This document shows positions 27,779 to 32,000 of a stretch of DNA of 32,000 nt, in pieces. A model generated the notes under the pieces. That model ran no database searches, had not been told where the DNA came from, and was given only the letters and a program-made list of their open reading frames with translations. Positions within the stretch are counted from its first letter, which is position 1; each line of letters opens with the position of its first letter. This stretch comes from Gemmata obscuriglobus. Lineage in GTDB: Bacteria; Planctomycetota; Planctomycetia; Gemmatales; Gemmataceae. The stretch lies in the NCBI RefSeq assembly GCF_008065095.1, contig NZ_CP042911.1:4140001-4172000 (forward strand). The letters are read 5' to 3'. Made by a program: the position numbers and the translations under genes.

Positions 27779-28729
27779 TCATCGTGCGTCCACGTAGTTC
27801 AACATCCGCGGCCGGCGGCCGAGCACGCAACTCACCGCGTACCCGAGCACCTGCCGCACTTCTGCCCGCGTCTCGTCCGGCAGTGCCGTCTCGGCGCCGC
27901 GCGCGGTGAGGTCGCGAATGCAGAGCAACGCGTCCCCGGACACCATGCGGCGGTCGGCCACGGCCGGCCCGCATTCCGGGCACAGTACGCCCCCCGCGAG
28001 CGGGCTGAAAAAGGCCCGCGCGGTCGGGCTGAGCCGCTCACGTCCACAGGTGGCACACGCATCGAGTCGCGGGCTATATCCCAGCTCCTGAAGCCAAACA
28101 AGTTCAAATGCCGACACGGTCGCGAGCAGCGAGCCTTTCCCCCCGCCCGCCTCGGTTCTCAGGGGGGCGGTCCGTTCCACACTTCGCGCCCCGTTCACTT
28201 CCGGACCCAGTTCAACCGGCGAGTCGGCCCCGGCCGCTTGGCTTACGGGTGCTCCTTCCCCCTCGCGAACTGCGCCCTCTTCCTCGGCCCCGGTACTACC
28301 CTCTCTCTCCGGATAAAAGACCGCGGTCCGTCCGAGCGCTCGCAGGATGGCGAGTGCGGCGTCGAAGAGTACCGGATGCGGGTCGTAGTCCTGGAGCCCC
28401 TCGGCCAGTAGCTCCGCGACGTAATAACCCGCGTACAGGGCCGGAAGGTTCTTGCGAAGCGCCGGGAACTGTTCGTTCATCCGCGCCTCGGTGAGGAGTT
28501 CTAGACCGCTCGCCTTCCGGATGAACACCACCTCGCACACGGTCAGGAGATCAAAGGCGACATCGAAGTTGGATTTGAGCCGGCGCCCGCCTTTGGCGAG
28601 CGCGCGGATCTTACCGAACTCACGGGTGAATAACGTGGTGATGCGGCTGGTCTCGCTCCAGTCGGTGCCGCGGGTCACGATCGCCAGCGCTTTTTCGGAC
28701 TGCACGGGTCGGGATTCACTTAGGGTCAA
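27779..28729 (-). CDS. recO: DNA repair protein RecO (with internal low-complexity insertion)
   Basis: ALAIVTRGTDWSETSRITTLFTREFGKIRALAKGGRR is the OB-fold N-terminus. ELVWLQELGYSPRLDACATCG...GGVLCPECG is the zinc motif. TTG start at 28729, with an alternative GTG at 28705. Confidence 0.85.
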   Translation of the reverse strand: MTLSESRPVQSEKALAIVTRGTDWSETSRITTLFTREFGKIRALAKGGRRLKSNFDVAFDLLTVCEVVFIRKASGLELLTEARMNEQFPALRKNLPALYAGYYVAELLAEGLQDYDPHPVLFDAALAILRALGRTAVFYPEREGSTGAEEEGAVREGEGAPVSQAAGADSPVELGPEVNGARSVERTAPLRTEAGGGKGSLLATVSAFELVWLQELGYSPRLDACATCGRERLSPTARAFFSPLAGGVLCPECGPAVADRRMVSGDALLCIRDLTARGAETALPDETRAEVRQVLGYAVSCVLGRRPRMLNYVDAR

Positions 28730-29150
28730 AGAGGGACACCTGAGTCAGACCAGAGCGAGGGACTGTCACCCCGTGCTGCTCAAAGATTGCAGTTGGCCGC
28801 TTGAGTAAGGCGAGTCTGTGTTCGGGTTGAACAAACATCTGGCGTGTGGTGGCGACCACATCCGGATGTCCGGTACGTCGCCGCATACCTGCTGCGACGT
28901 TCCGCAGGCTCGCCAGAACCCGCGGTGCGGTGTGGGGTCGCGCCGCACCCGCCACCGGTCCCCCGGCCAGGGGCGCGTCGCCGATGGGGTGCCGGGCCTC
29001 AAGTTCCCTGTGCCACGGATGTACTCGCGCCGCACATCTGGGGGTGTCGCCTCTGGGATAACGGTTGTGATCTCGGGCATCGCCTCGACTACCTCCTTCC
29101 CATCGCAAGGTACCCAGTGAAGCGGTTGCACGGTAGCGGTATGTTGCATC
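28716..29150 (-). pseudogene. decayed C-terminal remnant of an ISAs1/IS4-like DDE transposase
   Basis: One frame gives ...HTAPRVLASLRNVAAGMRRRTGHPDVVATTRQMFVQPEHRLALL, resembling the transposase tail G.AP.V.A.LRN.AI.LLR..GH.NIAAA.R......P...L.LL. Another frame upstream gives LHWV (compare HW.IEN.LHWV). No intact N-terminal catalytic region is present, and the frames are broken. Confidence 0.4.
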
Positions 29151-29470
29151 GGTATTCCTCTCTAATTCCGATGGCAGCGGGCCGCTCAGGGGCAATTAGG
29201 GCTCGGGATTCGTAATCGTGCCAGCGGCGTAAGTGTTTTTGAGAGAGTGCTTTGCGCGGCGGGCGAGGGCGGCGCACATTCGACTCGCGGGGAGGGGCTT
29301 TTCGGCCGCATGCGCCGGTACACCCCGTGCGGCTGGCGACACCTTCGAGGCGTACAGGCGTCAAAATCGGCGGAACTGGCTGACAGTTTGATGCCAGCAA
29401 TGCCCTAGCAGGTCGGCAGCGGCGTACCAGCGATTCGGTAGCAGTGTACCAGCGAATGCCCCACTGCTTA

Positions 29471-30181
29471 TCAGCGACAGTCGCCGATGTCCTCTGCGGC
29501 TCCCGAATCGGATTCGGGGGACAGTGCGTGGGTCGGCAGAGCGCGACCGTCGTGCGGGCCGTCGAGGCCGCCGTACACATCGCCGAGTCGGAGCTTGCCG
29601 CGGACGAGCAGCATGCGGTCGGTGGCGCGCCGGTAGAAGTCGAGGAGCGGCGCGGCTACGGTCTCCCCTTCCAGGATGCCGAGCGCCTGAACCACGGCTT
29701 CGTATGTCGACATGCGGTGACCCGGGCGGTTGCGGCGGAGGGCCACTCCCGCGAAGTCCCGGGCCGGGAGCGCAACCTTCACCGCCGAATCGAGGAGCGG
29801 TATCCGCTTCACCATTTTGCCCGCCTGTTTCCAGTTGCCGTCCGGGACGATGAGTGCCGGCGGCGACGGCAGGGCGGCGACGAGTTCCGGCGTCAGCGGC
29901 TTGGCCCCGCGGCCGGGGAAGAGCACAATCGGAGTCGCTCCGGCGGGCACGTGTGCCGCCGGGTCGGCGGGTGCGGGAAAGGCACCGTGACAGAGGAGCG
30001 TGGCGTTGCGGACCGCCAGGGTGAGGAGCCGGACCGTGTTGCTGGTCCGGCCCAGATCGTGGACGTGGACGATGAGAAGGAGCGGGGTGTGGGTTGCGAG
30101 TCGCGGCGCGTGCGCGCATACGCACAGCCACGCGTGAAGGCGGCAGGCGGGGCAGGGGGTCGGGTCGCGGTCGGCGGACAT
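29471..30181 (-). CDS. DTW-domain protein (tRNA-uridine aminocarboxypropyltransferase family)
   Basis: ATG at 30179-30181 gives MSADRDPTPCPACRLHAWLCVCAHAP, the CxxC...CxC motif. TSNTVRLL and LIVPDGNWKQAGKMVKR match the DTW motif region, here DGNW. Confidence 0.8.
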   Translation of the reverse strand: MSADRDPTPCPACRLHAWLCVCAHAPRLATHTPLLLIVHVHDLGRTSNTVRLLTLAVRNATLLCHGAFPAPADPAAHVPAGATPIVLFPGRGAKPLTPELVAALPSPPALIVPDGNWKQAGKMVKRIPLLDSAVKVALPARDFAGVALRRNRPGHRMSTYEAVVQALGILEGETVAAPLLDFYRRATDRMLLVRGKLRLGDVYGGLDGPHDGRALPTHALSPESDSGAAEDIGDCR

Positions 30182-30380
30182 CGGGCTCCTGGTTATTCGG
30201 GCGACATCGCGAACGAGCCGGGGCGCCACGGAAACCCGATACGTGCGGGTGTTCACGTGATCGCGGTTCGTTCCCGTCCCAGAGGATGAACTTATTGAAG
30301 CCGCGCCGTGTGAGCCGGCTTCGCCTTCGCGGTCGGAGAAGCTAAGATTCGAATAATCGAAGTGTCAAATCGGCCACGGG

Positions 30381-30600
30381 GACCAGCACCTGTTCGCCGC
30401 GGTTCTGCTGGCGGGCCTGTTGCAGGTGGCGTTCGGCGTGCTGCGGTGGGGCAAGTTCGTCTACCTGATACCGCTGCCTGTCACCATCGGGTTCGTGAAC
30501 GGGTTCGAGCCGTTTCGCGTCCGCGGTGCGGTCGGGTCGGCGCGGTAGCTGAGCGGATTCCGGTTGCGGCCCTGGTGGGCGTGATGCTCCTGGTGGCTCG
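30381..30600 (+). pseudogene. two out-of-frame fragments of a SulP-family anion permease
   Basis: Fragment 1 is LFAAVLLAGLLQVAFGVLRWGKFVYLIPLPVTIGFVNG, then a stop at 30546. It matches the SulP pattern LLAGLLQ..G.LRLG.L...IP.PVI.GF..G. Fragment 2, in another frame, is RIPVAALVGVMLLVA (SulP late TM, IP.AALAGVL). The expected 250 aa or more between them is missing. Confidence 0.5.
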
Positions 30601-30913
30601 TTCCACGACCCGCCGCTCGGCTGCTCGCACTCCTTCGTGTACCGTTGCACCGCCCCAGCCCAGCTTGTCCGTATGCCCCGTTGGTCCAGCGGCCGACCGT
30701 CGGTGAGGGTCGAAAGCAGGTCAGCCGCCGGTATGCGTGGGTCCGCCCGCAATCCGCCCTCGAAAGGGGAGTGGGCGGTGCCAGGAAGGTCTCGGCCTTT
30801 GCAGTCGTTCAACTCGCTCAAAATCTGGAGTGGTGCACTTAAACTGCTCTGGGGGCATCGACTCCCATTCCGACGGCTTATGAGTCGGCAGAAGTCCACA
30901 GCCGCACCTCGGA

Positions 30914-32000
30914 TCAGGCTCGCGGTTCGGTCTTTTGCCGCACCGGAAGAACGTCCTTCAGCACGTCCCGTGCGGCCCGGATCGTTCGCTCGGTCGTGGC
31001 CCAGTCGATGCAGGCGTCGGTCACCGAACACCCGTACCGGAGCTGGGACAGATCTTTCGGGATCGGCTGGTTACCGCCCTCGATGTGACTTTCGAGCATC
31101 AGCCCGACGATCGATCGGTTGCCGAGCCGGATCTGGTTGACGCAGTCGCTCATCACGAGCGGTTGCAGTTCGGGCCGCTTGTACGAGTTGCCGTGGGAGC
31201 AGTCCACCACGATGTTGGCGGCCAGCTTGGCCTTCGCCAGCGCCTGCTCGGTCATCAAGATGCTGACCGTGTCGTAGTTCGGCCGGGCACCGCCCCCGCG
31301 GAGCACGATGTGCCCGTACCGGTTGCCGCGGGTGCGCACCACCACAATCCGGCCCTGCTCGTTGATGCCCAGGAAACTGTGCGGTTGCGACGCGGAGAGC
31401 ATCGCGTTGATGGCCGCGTCCACGGAGCCGTCGGTCCCGTTCTTAAACCCCACCGGTGTTGAGAGCCCGGACGACATCTCGCGGTGCGTCTGGGACTCGG
31501 CGGTGCGGGCGCCGATCGCGGTCCACGAGACCAGTTCGCCGAGGTACTGCGGGCTGATCGGGTCGAGCGCTTCGGTGGCCGCGGGCAGCCCGATCTCGGC
31601 CACCTGCATCAGGAACGACCGGGACTTCTCCAGCCCTTCCTCAATGTGAAACGAGTCGTCCATCCGCGGGTCGTTGATGTACCCCTTCCACCCGACCGAC
31701 GTGCGCGGCTTCTCAAAGTAGACGCGCATGACCAAATACAGGGTGTCCGAAACCTCATCGGCCAGGTGCCGGAGGCGGCGCGCGTAATCGAGGCCGGCGA
31801 CCGGGTCGTGAATCGAACACGGCCCCACGACGACCATGAGCCGGTGGTCCGCACGGTCAAGGATGCCTTCGAGGACCGTCCGTCCTGCGGAAACCGTCTC
31901 GGCGGCGCGTGCGGTCATCGGGCACCGCAACCGGATCTCGTCCGGTGTCGGCACCTCGGCGTACAGTGATACATTTGTATTTGCGAGCTGCGAGCCACTC
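30914..32000 (-). CDS. aroG: class I (AroG/F/H-type) 3-deoxy-7-phosphoheptulonate synthase, probably 5'-truncated by the window edge
   Basis: LMVVVGPCSIHDP, VMRVYFEKPRTSVGWKGYINDP, TAIGARTAESQTHREMSSGLSTPVGFKNGTDG, VDCSHGNS. The reading frame stays open from the GTG at 31954 to base 32000. Alignment with E. coli AroG/AroH suggests about 13-16 more N-terminal residues, so the true start may lie beyond the window. Confidence 0.9.
   Translation of the reverse strand, partial: SGSQLANTNVSLYAEVPTPDEIRLRCPMTARAAETVSAGRTVLEGILDRADHRLMVVVGPCSIHDPVAGLDYARRLRHLADEVSDTLYLVMRVYFEKPRTSVGWKGYINDPRMDDSFHIEEGLEKSRSFLMQVAEIGLPAATEALDPISPQYLGELVSWTAIGARTAESQTHREMSSGLSTPVGFKNGTDGSVDAAINAMLSASQPHSFLGINEQGRIVVVRTRGNRYGHIVLRGGGARPNYDTVSILMTEQALAKAKLAANIVVDCSHGNSYKRPELQPLVMSDCVNQIRLGNRSIVGLMLESHIEGGNQPIPKDLSQLRYGCSVTDACIDWATTERTIRAARDVLKDVLPVRQKTEPRA

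Overview
Very GC-rich bacterial chromosome segment. It is most likely Planctomycetota (Gemmata-like), inferred from two DUF1559 / H-X9-DG prepilin-like genes, a DUF1501 gene and a PVC-type beta-propeller 'membrane-bound dehydrogenase' gene. About 26 protein genes are supportable. Housekeeping calls are lipB-lipA, tmk-holB, pdxH, a gmhA-like SIS gene, recO, a class-I DAHP synthase, a thiO-like oxidase and an FAH-family enzyme. Envelope-related calls are BamD-like and LptE-like lipoproteins and a GT-C glycosyltransferase. I found no rRNA, tRNA or CRISPR array. The best candidate for an undescribed system is a same-strand cluster at 13.6-18.6 kb: two large membrane-anchored dynamin-like P-loop GTPases with unusual G motifs, followed 6 nt later by a stand-alone CHAD-domain gene. 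Other points of interest: a visibly lower-GC segment (8.7-12.3 kb) with a MITE-like palindromic element and about 1.1 kb lacking a credible ORF; an 81-aa lipoyl-domain-like ORF with no lysine just after lipA; an adenylate-kinase-like protein with a long unknown C-terminal extension; and gene-decay remnants (a transposase C-terminus, SulP permease fragments) around recO and the DTW gene. All functional calls come from reading motifs in the translations. No database search was run.
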